Below the pieces are notes generated by a model. That model ran no database searches. It was not told where the DNA came from and worked only from the letters and a program-made list of their open reading frames with translations. Shown here piece by piece: positions 1-10,041 of a stretch of DNA of 64,000 nt. The first letter of the stretch is position 1, and every line of letters starts with the position of its first letter. Source of the DNA: a virus (Duplodnaviria > Caudoviricetes). Position numbers and translations under genes: made by a program. The stretch is taken from the IMG/VR virus record IMGVR_UViG_3300020577_004340, positions 59,976 to 123,975 of that record; one strand, written 5' to 3'.

Positions 1-1
1 T

Positions 2-223
2 ACTATTGAAAAACAAATAGCTCTACATGATAAATTAATTAATTCAGATCCAAAACATTGGTCTCCTACAGAACATTGTTCTAAAGCAATGACAGCTGTA
101 GAAAGAATGAAGTTTCTTGTTACATACGAGGATTCAAAAGGAAATTATTCGATAAAATATGGAGTATGTAGAAATTATACTGGATTTATCCAATACAGAC
201 ATTTGCTAGATACGGGAGTATGA
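2..223 (+). CDS. thyX: C-terminal part of flavin-dependent thymidylate synthase (truncated by window start)
   Basis: Frame-2 translation gives HWSPTEHC...GVCRNYTGFIQYRHL, resembling the HxSPxEH and NFxGWxQYR C-terminus of phage ThyX proteins; not in the ORF track. Confidence 0.6.
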   Translation, partial: TIEKQIALHDKLINSDPKHWSPTEHCSKAMTAVERMKFLVTYEDSKGNYSIKYGVCRNYTGFIQYRHLLDTGV

Positions 224-1536
224 CATATATAGAAGAATTATCTGAACATAACATAGATAGTTTGGCTGATGATTCTTTAATATTAATACCAGTTTTATCC
301 GATTATAATAACCATTGGGTTGTTAATGATATATCATTTGTGTATGTTTATCATATAATTAAGCGAAAGGGTTATATATTAAATATACATCATAACGATT
401 ATTCACCCAACTCAATTAAATTGTTGGATAGATTGTCTGGCGTTAAATTTATATATAAAAAGAATTTACTCAATCTATCTAATTCATATGATTTGGAATT
501 ATGTTATTGGTTTTATTCTAATGAACCTGGAATACAATACAGAGTACAGAATAAAATATCTACGTATTATAAATGGTACGGCGATAAAAAAAATATTAAT
601 AACATAATTCCAATATATAATTTTTTGGAAACATTTAATATCATTGTTAATATTTTCATGACAATATACGATGACATTGAATTGAATTTCTCATTAAATT
701 TTTATCAAAATATTTACAATACATTAAAGACGATTGAAAAAAATGGAATATGTGTTGATAGAAAAATTATATTAAATAAATTCAGGAAGAATGTAGATGT
801 AGTGTATTCGGAATATAACTTATACACGAGTACCGGACGACCATCTAATAGATTTGGTGGTATAAATTTTGCAGCATTGCCAAAAGATAATGGGACTCGT
901 AAGATGATTATTCCTGAAAAAAATAACAATATATTAATTGAATTTGATTACGATTCATTCCATATTAGATTGGCATCTAAATTAATTAAATATCGACTAC
1001 CTGATATGAATTTACATGAATATTTTGGTATGCAATATTTCGGGAAAACTGAATTGACTGATGAAGAATATACACTTGCAAAAAATTTATCTTTTAGGTT
1101 ATTAAATGGCGCCCGGAATATTGAATTTGATGATATCGTATTTTTTGAAAAAATATATGAATATAGAGAAAAGTTGTGGGATGAATATATTAAAAATGGA
1201 TATATTGAATTACCATTATCAAAGAGAAAATTAAAAAAAGAGTATTATGAAAATATGTCTGAATCTAAATTATTTAATTATGTATTACAGGCAACAGAAA
1301 CTGAATTTAATTCAATAATATTGGATAAAATTAATACTTATTTACACACACAATCCAGTAAATTGATTTTATACACATATGATTCTTTTTTAATTGATTT
1401 TGATTTATCAGATGGAAGAAAGTGTATTGAAGAATTAATAAAAATATTGGATATCAACGGGTTCCATGTTAAAATGAAATGTGGAAATACATATGATGAT
1501 ATGCTTTTAAAACAAATTAATACCAATGGAAAATAA
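220..1536 (+). CDS. Family A DNA polymerase-like protein (short, divergent)
   Basis: TSTGRPS, motif A-like EFDYDSFHIRL, motif B-like AKNLSFRLLNG, LQATETE, motif C-like LYTYDSFLID. Confidence 0.75.
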   Translation: MTYIEELSEHNIDSLADDSLILIPVLSDYNNHWVVNDISFVYVYHIIKRKGYILNIHHNDYSPNSIKLLDRLSGVKFIYKKNLLNLSNSYDLELCYWFYSNEPGIQYRVQNKISTYYKWYGDKKNINNIIPIYNFLETFNIIVNIFMTIYDDIELNFSLNFYQNIYNTLKTIEKNGICVDRKIILNKFRKNVDVVYSEYNLYTSTGRPSNRFGGINFAALPKDNGTRKMIIPEKNNNILIEFDYDSFHIRLASKLIKYRLPDMNLHEYFGMQYFGKTELTDEEYTLAKNLSFRLLNGARNIEFDDIVFFEKIYEYREKLWDEYIKNGYIELPLSKRKLKKEYYENMSESKLFNYVLQATETEFNSIILDKINTYLHTQSSKLILYTYDSFLIDFDLSDGRKCIEELIKILDINGFHVKMKCGNTYDDMLLKQINTNGK

Positions 1537-2656
1537 ATTAAAAAATGTAATTAATGAGTGGTTTTCTCATTCCGATTCCGGATTTATAAATCCACCATAT
1601 AATGAGAAAGATTTAACATTATTGAAAATTATTGTTAACGAATCGGTTGATTTAACGGAAGATGACAAACAAAAATTGACAACACACATAAATAATAAAT
1701 TTAAAACACCTCCTACGCCTGAAAAGAAGGAAAAGCAAGATAGATTTATAGCAAAATCAGCACCATTCATTCAGGATGCTACTAGTTTTATACAATTTAT
1801 TAATCAAGAATATCTTAATCCAGGAATTGAAATTACAGGCTTGGAAGAATTATTTAATAATATTATTGCATTAGAAACTGAAGATTTTAATAATGTAGTT
1901 AAACTATTGGCAAAACATACTAATAGACAGATTGATTATGGTACGTTTAAAATGGGGCAATACGAATTAAAATTGGCAGAATTATTACATAACTCAATTA
2001 CATTAACAGGGGCTTCATATTTAAATTTATTACTTGCTATAATATTCAATGGAAAATTGTCGGGTACATTGGTACCGAATATATCAAAAATTGGAGTAAA
2101 TATTAATGGCGTGATGGTTATTAAAAACGCTTCAAGTGATTTATATGTTCCATTAATTAATTTCAATGATGAGTTATCAACTATTGTTAATAATTTAAGA
2201 ACATTAAATTCGGTTATCAATGATAATGATGGAACTGACACCATGTCTAATTCAGATTTAAATGAATTGTTAAAGGCATTACAAAATGGATCATTGGATG
2301 ATGATATTGCTAATATCATTAATCAATCGAAAACTACTAAAGTTGTTGCAATTAAGACTTTAGCTGGAAAGTTAGAACAAATGTTAAAGGGTAATAATAC
2401 ATCAACTATATATGAATTATTTAAAACGACTTATAATAGTTTAATTCAAGCTTCTAGTAAGAATATTACAAAAATATTTGATGTATTCTCCGATAAGATA
2501 TTAATTGAAACATTCTCTGATTTATATAATAAATTACTATTTAAAGATACTATTCCATCTAATATTGAATTGGGAAGTACTTCAATTAATATATCATCAG
2601 AACTATTAAATTTATCAGGAAAAGAAGAAAAAAATACTGAAAATAATCAACAATAA
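1526..2656 (+). CDS. Hypothetical protein
   Basis: 376-aa ORF overlapping the upstream stop; no recognised motif. Confidence 0.6.
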   Translation: MENKLKNVINEWFSHSDSGFINPPYNEKDLTLLKIIVNESVDLTEDDKQKLTTHINNKFKTPPTPEKKEKQDRFIAKSAPFIQDATSFIQFINQEYLNPGIEITGLEELFNNIIALETEDFNNVVKLLAKHTNRQIDYGTFKMGQYELKLAELLHNSITLTGASYLNLLLAIIFNGKLSGTLVPNISKIGVNINGVMVIKNASSDLYVPLINFNDELSTIVNNLRTLNSVINDNDGTDTMSNSDLNELLKALQNGSLDDDIANIINQSKTTKVVAIKTLAGKLEQMLKGNNTSTIYELFKTTYNSLIQASSKNITKIFDVFSDKILIETFSDLYNKLLFKDTIPSNIELGSTSINISSELLNLSGKEEKNTENNQQ

Positions 2657-2658
2657 AC

Positions 2659-2689
2659 TTTGAAATGTCAGAAAAAAAGTGTATATTAT
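2659..2689 (+). promoter_or_regulatory. Bacteroidota-type promoter (variant -7 box)
   Basis: TTTG-N19-TATATTAT upstream of the SSB gene. Confidence 0.55.
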
Positions 2690-2698
2690 AAAACAATT

Positions 2699-2722
2699 TA
2701 ATTAACTAATTAACTAATTAAC
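2699..2722 (+). repeat. Three perfect tandem TAATTAAC copies in the SSB leader
   Basis: Directly visible, ending 5 nt before ATG 2728. Confidence 0.85.
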
Positions 2723-2727
2723 AAACA

Positions 2728-3594
2728 ATGAATTTAGACAAAGTTAGAGCACGCCTTGCATCGATGAATACAGGGCAAAATCAGAAGAAGCACATTTGGA
2801 AGCCAGCTCCTGGCGATACGGTAATTAGAATAGTTCCGTATATTCACAATCCAGATTTCCCTTTTATGGAATTATATTTCCATTATGAGGTGACGAAACG
2901 TAGTGTGTTATCACCTATTATTAATGAAGATCCAGATCCAGTAGAAGAGTTTGCAGCTCAATTGAAATCAACTGGTGATCCAAACGATTATTCATTAGCT
3001 AGAAAAATTTCTCCAACTATGAGAACATATGTTCCAGTATTAGTTAGAGGCAAAGAAGACGAAGGTCCAAAATTTTGGGGATTTGGTAAAACTACTTACG
3101 AAGAATTATTAAAATTAATTGACGATCCAGATTGGGGGGATATTACATCTTTACGTGACGGAAGAGACATTGTTATTTCATACGAGAAAGGACAAGGTGA
3201 ATCGTATGCTAAGACTACTATTCGTCCAAAACCTAAAGCGACAGTAGCAACAGATGACAAGAATGTATTGGAATTGTTGGCGACTATGCCAAAAGTAGAA
3301 GACATTTGGCCGGTGGCTACTTATTCTGAGTTGAAAATTGCATTGGAACGATATATTAATAATATCGCTGGAGATGATGATTCAAACGATGAAGATGTTA
3401 AACCGGCAAATGAAAAGAGTTCTACACCTCCGCCAGCATCACCGGGTTATACAAATAAAGAAACGTTAGATGATGAATTTGCAGATTTATTAGATTCGAA
3501 ACCATCTGCTAAGAAGGCTGAAACGCCAACTAATAAATCACAAATCAAGGAGACTGTTAATATTGACGAGGCCTTCGACGAAATGTTTAAATAA
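2728..3594 (+). CDS. Single-stranded DNA-binding protein, T4 gp32-like
   Basis: WKP...IRIVP, KFWGFGKT, GDIT..DGRD motifs; acidic tail ending DEAFDEMFK; position beside the recombinase. Confidence 0.8.
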   Translation: MNLDKVRARLASMNTGQNQKKHIWKPAPGDTVIRIVPYIHNPDFPFMELYFHYEVTKRSVLSPIINEDPDPVEEFAAQLKSTGDPNDYSLARKISPTMRTYVPVLVRGKEDEGPKFWGFGKTTYEELLKLIDDPDWGDITSLRDGRDIVISYEKGQGESYAKTTIRPKPKATVATDDKNVLELLATMPKVEDIWPVATYSELKIALERYINNIAGDDDSNDEDVKPANEKSSTPPPASPGYTNKETLDDEFADLLDSKPSAKKAETPTNKSQIKETVNIDEAFDEMFK

Positions 3595-3608
3595 TCTAAA
3601 ATTTTTAA

Positions 3609-4811
3609 ATGGCAAAAACTAAAACGCCTGCCGTTGAGCCGGTTGTTGTTGAATCACTAACTAATGATTTATTGAAATCATTAAATATAAAGTTTAAGAA
3701 TCAACCGGACAAGGCAGCATTTTTCTTAAATGACCCTAATGTTACTTCCGATGTACATAGTTGGATTCCATCTGGAAATGATGTATTGGACATTGCAATA
3801 AGTAATCGACCGAATGGTGGATGGCCAGTTGGAAGAATTGTTGAATTGACAGGGTTAGAGGCTTCGGGCAAAAGTTTATTAGCCGCCCATGCCTTAAAAA
3901 ATACACAAGCTTTAGGAGGGGTAGCAGTTTACATAGATACCGAGTCTGCAGTCTCAGAACAATATTTGGCCGCCATTGGTGTTGATATACCTAAATTAAT
4001 TTATATGCCAATGGATGCCCTTGAAAATATATTTGAGGCGGTTGAGACTATTATATCCAAAGTTAGGGAATCTAGTAAAGACAGATTGGTTACAATTGTA
4101 ATAGATTCTATAATGGGAGCATCTACTATTGCTGAATTGGAATCTACATATGAAAAAGATGGGTATGCTACTTCGAAGGCAATTATTTTATCAAAGGCAA
4201 TGCGTAAATTACCATTGTTAATTGCCAGAGAAAATATATTGTTGATGATGACTAACCAATTACGAGTTAATCTAGGTGTTAGTTTTGGAGAAAAATACAG
4301 TACTTCTGGTGGAAAAGCAGTTGGGTTTGCTGCATCAGTTCGTGTTCGTTTGACAAATAAAAATAAAATTAAAATTAAACAAGAAAACGGATTGGAGGCG
4401 ATAGTTGGAATTAAAACCAATGCGAAAGTTACTAAAAATAGATTAGGCCCGCCATTGAGGGATGTTGATTATGATATTTATTTTGATTCAGGGGTGGACA
4501 ATTATGGTTCTTGGTTGGAAACATTGAAGGATTATAAGGTCGTAACATCTGGAACAAATTGGTCATTACCATTAACTGGAGATTTGGTTGGAATTGAATT
4601 GGTTGACCCGACAACTGGAGAAGTTAAAACATTTTCCGATGGCGTCATGAAATTCAAGTCTAAAGATTTTAAACAATGGTTGGTAGCCAATCCAAAATTC
4701 AAAGATATCTTATATAATATTTTATGTGACAAATTGATAATGAAATATAAGTTAAATGAAGATTTTGGGATTGATGATATATCATATGAAATAGACGACA
4801 ACGACGAATAA
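3609..4811 (+). CDS. recA: RecA/UvsX-like recombinase
   Basis: Walker A GLEASGKS, YIDTE, IVIDS, NQLR, SGGKA, KNRLGPP. Confidence 0.93.
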   Translation: MAKTKTPAVEPVVVESLTNDLLKSLNIKFKNQPDKAAFFLNDPNVTSDVHSWIPSGNDVLDIAISNRPNGGWPVGRIVELTGLEASGKSLLAAHALKNTQALGGVAVYIDTESAVSEQYLAAIGVDIPKLIYMPMDALENIFEAVETIISKVRESSKDRLVTIVIDSIMGASTIAELESTYEKDGYATSKAIILSKAMRKLPLLIARENILLMMTNQLRVNLGVSFGEKYSTSGGKAVGFAASVRVRLTNKNKIKIKQENGLEAIVGIKTNAKVTKNRLGPPLRDVDYDIYFDSGVDNYGSWLETLKDYKVVTSGTNWSLPLTGDLVGIELVDPTTGEVKTFSDGVMKFKSKDFKQWLVANPKFKDILYNILCDKLIMKYKLNEDFGIDDISYEIDDNDE

Positions 4812-5869
4812 TGAACAAAGAACGATTACTTAATTTATATAATAAGATGTCAGATGACTTTACGGGCGTTGATACAAAACATTCCAGAACAGTCATTATT
4901 GATGGTACCAATACATTTATGAGAGTATTTGCAAATGTACCTGCATTAAATGACGATGGGCAACATGTTGGTGGTGTAGTTGGATTTTTAAAATCAATTG
5001 GATTTAATATCAGACAATTCCAGGCAACTAGTTGTATAGTAGTATTTGATGGCTCCGGAGGCTCACTTCGTCGAAAAAAATTATATAAAGAATATAAAGC
5101 AAATCGTACGACTAAAAGTAAATTGAATAGATTCGCTGAATTCGAGGGATTAATTGATGAAGGCGAATCTATGAAATTTCAATTTACTAGAATATTTGAA
5201 TATTTGGATATTCTACCTGTTAATGTAGTGGTGTTGGATAATATAGAAGCAGATGATACTATTGCATACATATCTAAAATATTGGATACTGGCGCTAACA
5301 AAATTAAAATAGTTAGTTCTGACCGTGATTTTCTGCAATTAATTAATGATAATATTAATATATATAGCCCAATTAAGAAGAAATTGTATGATTTAAATAT
5401 GTTATCAGACGAATTGGGTATTCATCCTAAAAATTATTTATTATATAGAGCATTGACTGGTGATAATTCGGACAATATTCCAGGCATTAATGGCGTAGGA
5501 TTAAAGACGATTTTGAAACTATTTCCAGAATTTGCTACTACCGAACTTGATTTGGATGTATTCATACAACTAGTTAATGACAAATTATCTATACCATTAA
5601 AGGGGAAAAAAACACCACCTTCTGTATTAATTAATATTAGTCGTTCCGAAGCTGAATTACGTAGAAATTATCAATTGATGCAATTACAAGATGTTGACAT
5701 TTCAGAAAATTCGAAATATACCATTCGTTCCAAAATTAATAGTAGTAATAAATTGGATTTTTTGAAATTTAAAGAATTATTTTTATACGACAAAATATAT
5801 TCATCTATTAAAAATGGAGATGAATGGGTAAGAAATACTTTTGGCAAATTAAATATATATGCAGGATAA
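4811..5869 (+). CDS. 5'-3' exonuclease / flap endonuclease (T4 RNase H-like)
   Basis: IIDGTN, VFDG, YKANR, EADD, SSDRDF, GDNSDNIPGINGVG. Confidence 0.92.
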   Translation: MNKERLLNLYNKMSDDFTGVDTKHSRTVIIDGTNTFMRVFANVPALNDDGQHVGGVVGFLKSIGFNIRQFQATSCIVVFDGSGGSLRRKKLYKEYKANRTTKSKLNRFAEFEGLIDEGESMKFQFTRIFEYLDILPVNVVVLDNIEADDTIAYISKILDTGANKIKIVSSDRDFLQLINDNINIYSPIKKKLYDLNMLSDELGIHPKNYLLYRALTGDNSDNIPGINGVGLKTILKLFPEFATTELDLDVFIQLVNDKLSIPLKGKKTPPSVLINISRSEAELRRNYQLMQLQDVDISENSKYTIRSKINSSNKLDFLKFKELFLYDKIYSSIKNGDEWVRNTFGKLNIYAG

Positions 5870-7238
5870 ACTTAGTTTATATGGATTCACGTTCCAGACA
5901 AAATTAATAGCATGTATAATGACAGATGCGTCATTTACAAGTAAGATATACGATTTAATTAAATTGAATTATTTTGAAAATAAAAGTATTCAAACTATAA
6001 TTAAGATATGTCTAGATTATTTCATAGAATATAAGACGCCTCCAACTCTTGAAGTTATTAAGGTCAAATTAGAATTAATCAATGATACGACACTTAAGCA
6101 GGAAATAATATCTACATTAAGAGAATCTGTCCATAATGCTAGTGCATTGGATTTAGATTTTATTAAAGAGGAGACGTTACGTTTTTGCAAGAATCAAGAA
6201 TTACGTGATGCTATATTGGATTCGGTTGAGCTCCTTAAACTGGGAAAATTTGATGCCATTAAAGAACGTATAGATGCTGCCTTTAAAGTTGGTTTGGATG
6301 ATAATTTGGGTATTCATTATGAAGATAATGATGCAATAGATGCTAGATATAATGAAGATATACGACAGACGATACCAACCGGATGGGATGTAATCGATGA
6401 ATTATTGCGAGGGGGGATGGCTCCGGGGGATTTAGGTGTAATTTTAGCTTCATCTGGAGTAGGTAAGACTTGGGCATTAATTCATATTGGGGCATATGCT
6501 AAAAAATATAATAAACGAGTAGTACATTATACCTTGGAATTATCGGAAAATTACGTTGCTAAACGATATGATTCTGTATTGACAGGTATAAGCTTAGATA
6601 AAACTTCATTATATGTAGAAAACATTAAAGAGACATTGGCAAAATTACCAGGTGAACTGTTAATTAAAGAATATCCAATGAAATCAATTTCTTTAATGGG
6701 AATTAGAGGGCATTTAACTAAGTTAAAGATGATAAATCAAATGCCCGATATAATTATGTTGGATTATGCGGACTTATTGAAATTTCAAAATTCATCTGCA
6801 TCCAAAGAAGAAAGTTTAGCATTATTGTACGAAGAATTGAAGGGGATGGCTAAGGAATTTAAGGTACCAATTTGGACTGTATCACAATCCGGACGAGAAG
6901 GGATGAAAGAATTAATTTTAGAAGCTGATAAATTATCTGGGGCATTTGCTAAATTATTTCCAGCTGATGTTATGCTATCAATTTCACGACGCCCAGAAGA
7001 TAAATTATCCAATACAGCTCGTATGCACGTTATTAAGAATAGGCATGGTGCTGATGGTTTAACATTTCCAATGACGATGGATACGAATAGGGGCTATTTA
7101 AAAGTTCATCAGGCAAATTCAGAGGAAGGGAAAAGTACAACAAATAGAATGTCGACACCCGATGACTATCAGAAACAAATGTTGAGGAAACGGTACGCTG
7201 AACTTCAGGAAACACCGAAATTACAAAATTTATTTTAA
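5859..7238 (+). CDS. DnaB-like replicative helicase (T4 gp41-like)
   Basis: IPTGW, Walker A ASSGVGKT, TLELSE, LDYADL, WTVSQ, KNRHG. Confidence 0.9.
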   Translation: MQDKLSLYGFTFQTKLIACIMTDASFTSKIYDLIKLNYFENKSIQTIIKICLDYFIEYKTPPTLEVIKVKLELINDTTLKQEIISTLRESVHNASALDLDFIKEETLRFCKNQELRDAILDSVELLKLGKFDAIKERIDAAFKVGLDDNLGIHYEDNDAIDARYNEDIRQTIPTGWDVIDELLRGGMAPGDLGVILASSGVGKTWALIHIGAYAKKYNKRVVHYTLELSENYVAKRYDSVLTGISLDKTSLYVENIKETLAKLPGELLIKEYPMKSISLMGIRGHLTKLKMINQMPDIIMLDYADLLKFQNSSASKEESLALLYEELKGMAKEFKVPIWTVSQSGREGMKELILEADKLSGAFAKLFPADVMLSISRRPEDKLSNTARMHVIKNRHGADGLTFPMTMDTNRGYLKVHQANSEEGKSTTNRMSTPDDYQKQMLRKRYAELQETPKLQNLF

Positions 7239-7258
7239 TTAGAAAAAAAGGATAATAT

Positions 7259-7624
7259 ATGTATGTTTATGAAATAAGATATCTTCCAACTAAAGAATTT
7301 TATGTTGGATATGATACTGAATCAGTTACATTAGCTCAAGCTAAATTAGACCCGTATAATAAATTTAAGAAATACGGAAAGGGGTCAAATGCTCAATTAC
7401 CTTTACCTAATATTGTTAAGACGGTATTGTTTAAAGGTGGAAATGAACAGGAATTGAGAGATTACTTGACAACTATCGCAAAAGATAACGAAAATAACCC
7501 ATTTTTCTTAGGTGTACACTATTTAAATATGAAAAACGATGTAATAGTTAAGACGGATTTTGAGCCGCTTAAAACAAAGGAAAATAAGGAAATTGTAGAA
7601 CCTAAAAAAGAAGACAAAAAATAA
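7259..7624 (+). CDS. Hypothetical protein with GIY-YIG-like N-terminus
   Basis: MYVYEI...FYVGY resembles the GIY-YIG hairpin; remainder not convincing. Confidence 0.35.
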   Translation: MYVYEIRYLPTKEFYVGYDTESVTLAQAKLDPYNKFKKYGKGSNAQLPLPNIVKTVLFKGGNEQELRDYLTTIAKDNENNPFFLGVHYLNMKNDVIVKTDFEPLKTKENKEIVEPKKEDKK

Positions 7625-7632
7625 TAAGGAGT

Positions 7633-9492
7633 ATGATGAATCTATCAACACAGATACTATCGGACATTACAGTTCACATGAAGTATGCGAAATATTTGCC
7701 CGATAAACAACGTCGAGAAAACTGGACTGAAATAGTTACTAGAAATAAGGAAATGCACATAGAAAAGTTTCCATTTTTACGAGATGAAATTGATAAAGCC
7801 TATGAACTTGTATATGATAAAAAAGTGTTACCATCAATGCGTTCTTTACAATTTGCTGGGAAGCCGATACAAGTTAATCCGTCTAGAATATTTAATTGTT
7901 CATATTTACCAATAGACGATTATCGTGCATTCAGTGAAATAATGTTCCTTTTACTTTCAGGGTGCGGTGTTGGATTTTCTGTTCAAACTCACCATGTTGA
8001 ACAACTTCCTGAAATTAAACCACCTAATCAATCTAAGACTACGAGGTATTTGATTAATGACTCTATTGAAGGGTGGTCGGATGCGATAAAAATGTTGATT
8101 AAATCATACTTTAATGGTAGTTCAACATTAAGATTCGACTATTCAGATATACGACCAAAAGGGTCTAGATTAATTACTTCAGGGGGAAAGGCACCAGGTC
8201 CACAGCCATTAAAGGATTGTATATACAATATTAAGAAAATATTAGATGATAAATTAGTTGGGCAAAAGTTAACATCTATTGAATGTCATGATATTATATG
8301 TCACATTGCGGATGCTGTATTAGCCGGCGGAATTCGACGTGCTGCTTTAATTAGTTTATTCAATGCCGATGATGTTGAAATGTTAAATGCTAAGACTGGG
8401 TCTTGGTGGGAATTAAACCCACAACGTGGTCGTGCAAATAATTCAGCGGTTTTATTGAGACATAAAATAACAAAAGAATTTTTCTTTGATTTATGGAAAC
8501 GAATTGAATTATCCGGTGCAGGCGAACCAGGAATATATTTATCAAATGATAAGGATTGGGGAACCAACCCCTGCTGTGAAATTGCCTTACGACCATTTCA
8601 GTTTTGTAATTTGTGTGAAATAAACGCATCTAATATTGAATCCGAAGAAGATTTTATACAAAGAGTAAAGGCAGCTTCATTCATAGGAACATTACAAGCA
8701 TCTTATACTGATTTTCATTACCTACGTCCTATTTGGAAAAAGACAACTGAAAGAGATGCGTTAATTGGCGTATCGATGACGGGGATTGCGTCTAATATCA
8801 TTTTTAATTATGATTTAACTAAAATGGCGCAAATAGTCAACGATGAAAATAAAAGAGTTGCCAGTTTAATAGGAATTAAAGCTGCTGCTAGAACTACTAC
8901 AACAAAACCAAGTGGCACTTCATCCATTGTATTAGGTACATCTTCGGGAATACATGCTTGGCATAATGATTATTATATTCGTAGAATTAGAGTTAATAAA
9001 AATGAATCGATTTATACGTATTTAAATAATAATCACCCAGAATTATTAGAAGATGAATTTTTTAGGCCATATGATACAGCAGTAATTTCTATTCCACAGA
9101 AGGCACCAGTTGGGGCTATATTACGTTCGGAGACGCCTATAGATATATTAGAACGTGTTTCTACTGTATATAATAATTGGATTAAACCAGGACATGTGAA
9201 TGGCGTTAATACACATAATGTATCTGCTACTGTATCGATTAAAAATGATGAGTGGGATGTAGTTGGTAATTGGATATGGGAAAATAAAAATTCATATAAT
9301 GGTTTAAGTGTACTTCCATATTCAGATCATACTTATGTTCAGGCACCATTTGAAGACATTACAGAAGAAGAGTATTTACGATTAGAGAAAACATTACATT
9401 CTATTAATTTAGATAATGTAATTGAATTTGAAGATGATACTAACCTTATGGGGGAATTAGCGTGTGTTAATGGCCAATGTGAAATTGGATAA
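7633..9492 (+). CDS. nrdJ: Class II (B12-dependent) ribonucleotide reductase
   Basis: PSMRSLQFAG, FNCS, GGIRRAA, GEPG, TNPCCEI, KPSGT, C-terminal CVNGQCEI; no beta-subunit gene adjacent. Confidence 0.92.
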   Translation: MMNLSTQILSDITVHMKYAKYLPDKQRRENWTEIVTRNKEMHIEKFPFLRDEIDKAYELVYDKKVLPSMRSLQFAGKPIQVNPSRIFNCSYLPIDDYRAFSEIMFLLLSGCGVGFSVQTHHVEQLPEIKPPNQSKTTRYLINDSIEGWSDAIKMLIKSYFNGSSTLRFDYSDIRPKGSRLITSGGKAPGPQPLKDCIYNIKKILDDKLVGQKLTSIECHDIICHIADAVLAGGIRRAALISLFNADDVEMLNAKTGSWWELNPQRGRANNSAVLLRHKITKEFFFDLWKRIELSGAGEPGIYLSNDKDWGTNPCCEIALRPFQFCNLCEINASNIESEEDFIQRVKAASFIGTLQASYTDFHYLRPIWKKTTERDALIGVSMTGIASNIIFNYDLTKMAQIVNDENKRVASLIGIKAAARTTTTKPSGTSSIVLGTSSGIHAWHNDYYIRRIRVNKNESIYTYLNNNHPELLEDEFFRPYDTAVISIPQKAPVGAILRSETPIDILERVSTVYNNWIKPGHVNGVNTHNVSATVSIKNDEWDVVGNWIWENKNSYNGLSVLPYSDHTYVQAPFEDITEEEYLRLEKTLHSINLDNVIEFEDDTNLMGELACVNGQCEIG

Positions 9493-9493
9493 T

Positions 9494-9673
9494 ATGAAAG
9501 ATTGGATTACTGAATTATACTATTTAGAGACAGTAAAAAAGACAACAACAACTCCGTTGACTAAAGAATTTTTAATACGTCAGGGAGTTTGTTGTGGGTC
9601 TAGGTGTTTGAACTGTCCGTATTCTCCAAAACACATTAAAGGGACTACTCAATTAAAAACAAATTTTAGTTAA
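9494..9673 (+). CDS. Small Cys-rich protein (DUF5522-like)
   Basis: RQGVCCGSRCLNCPY motif; likely start ATG 9494 after the nrdJ stop. Confidence 0.6.
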   Translation: MKDWITELYYLETVKKTTTTPLTKEFLIRQGVCCGSRCLNCPYSPKHIKGTTQLKTNFS

Positions 9674-9690
9674 TTTTAAAAACATTTTAC

Positions 9691-10041
9691 ATGCAAATTA
9701 GAGTTATACAGAATTATAATTTTTCGTGTATATTTAACAATACGAAAAAAATAATACCTCAATCTAAAAATTTAGTTATTGGTTACACTAGACAAATCGA
9801 CACATTAGAATTTGATAGGATTGTAGATAAAGTATTAGATGAATTTCGTGGATTGGTATTTGTATCAACAGAAATAGAAGAATATGAATATTTAGAGCAA
9901 TTGGATTCATTAGGTATTATTGGAATGGCGATAGTAGATTACGTTGATTATGATAATAAATATTTAATAGAATCTATTGAAGCAGAACTTATTTCGGAAT
10001 TACACGAACCAGATGATTCCATTAAAATTCAATTATTTTAA
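9691..10041 (+). CDS. Hypothetical protein, possible degenerate QueD/T-fold paralog
   Basis: C-terminal half resembles the phage QueD pattern but lacks the CxxxHGH metal ligands. Confidence 0.35.
   Translation: MQIRVIQNYNFSCIFNNTKKIIPQSKNLVIGYTRQIDTLEFDRIVDKVLDEFRGLVFVSTEIEEYEYLEQLDSLGIIGMAIVDYVDYDNKYLIESIEAELISELHEPDDSIKIQLF

Noticed and set aside
7259-7624. Active GIY-YIG homing endonuclease next to nrdJ
   Set aside because: Only the first hairpin resembles the family; catalytic Arg/Glu/Asn positions are not identifiable
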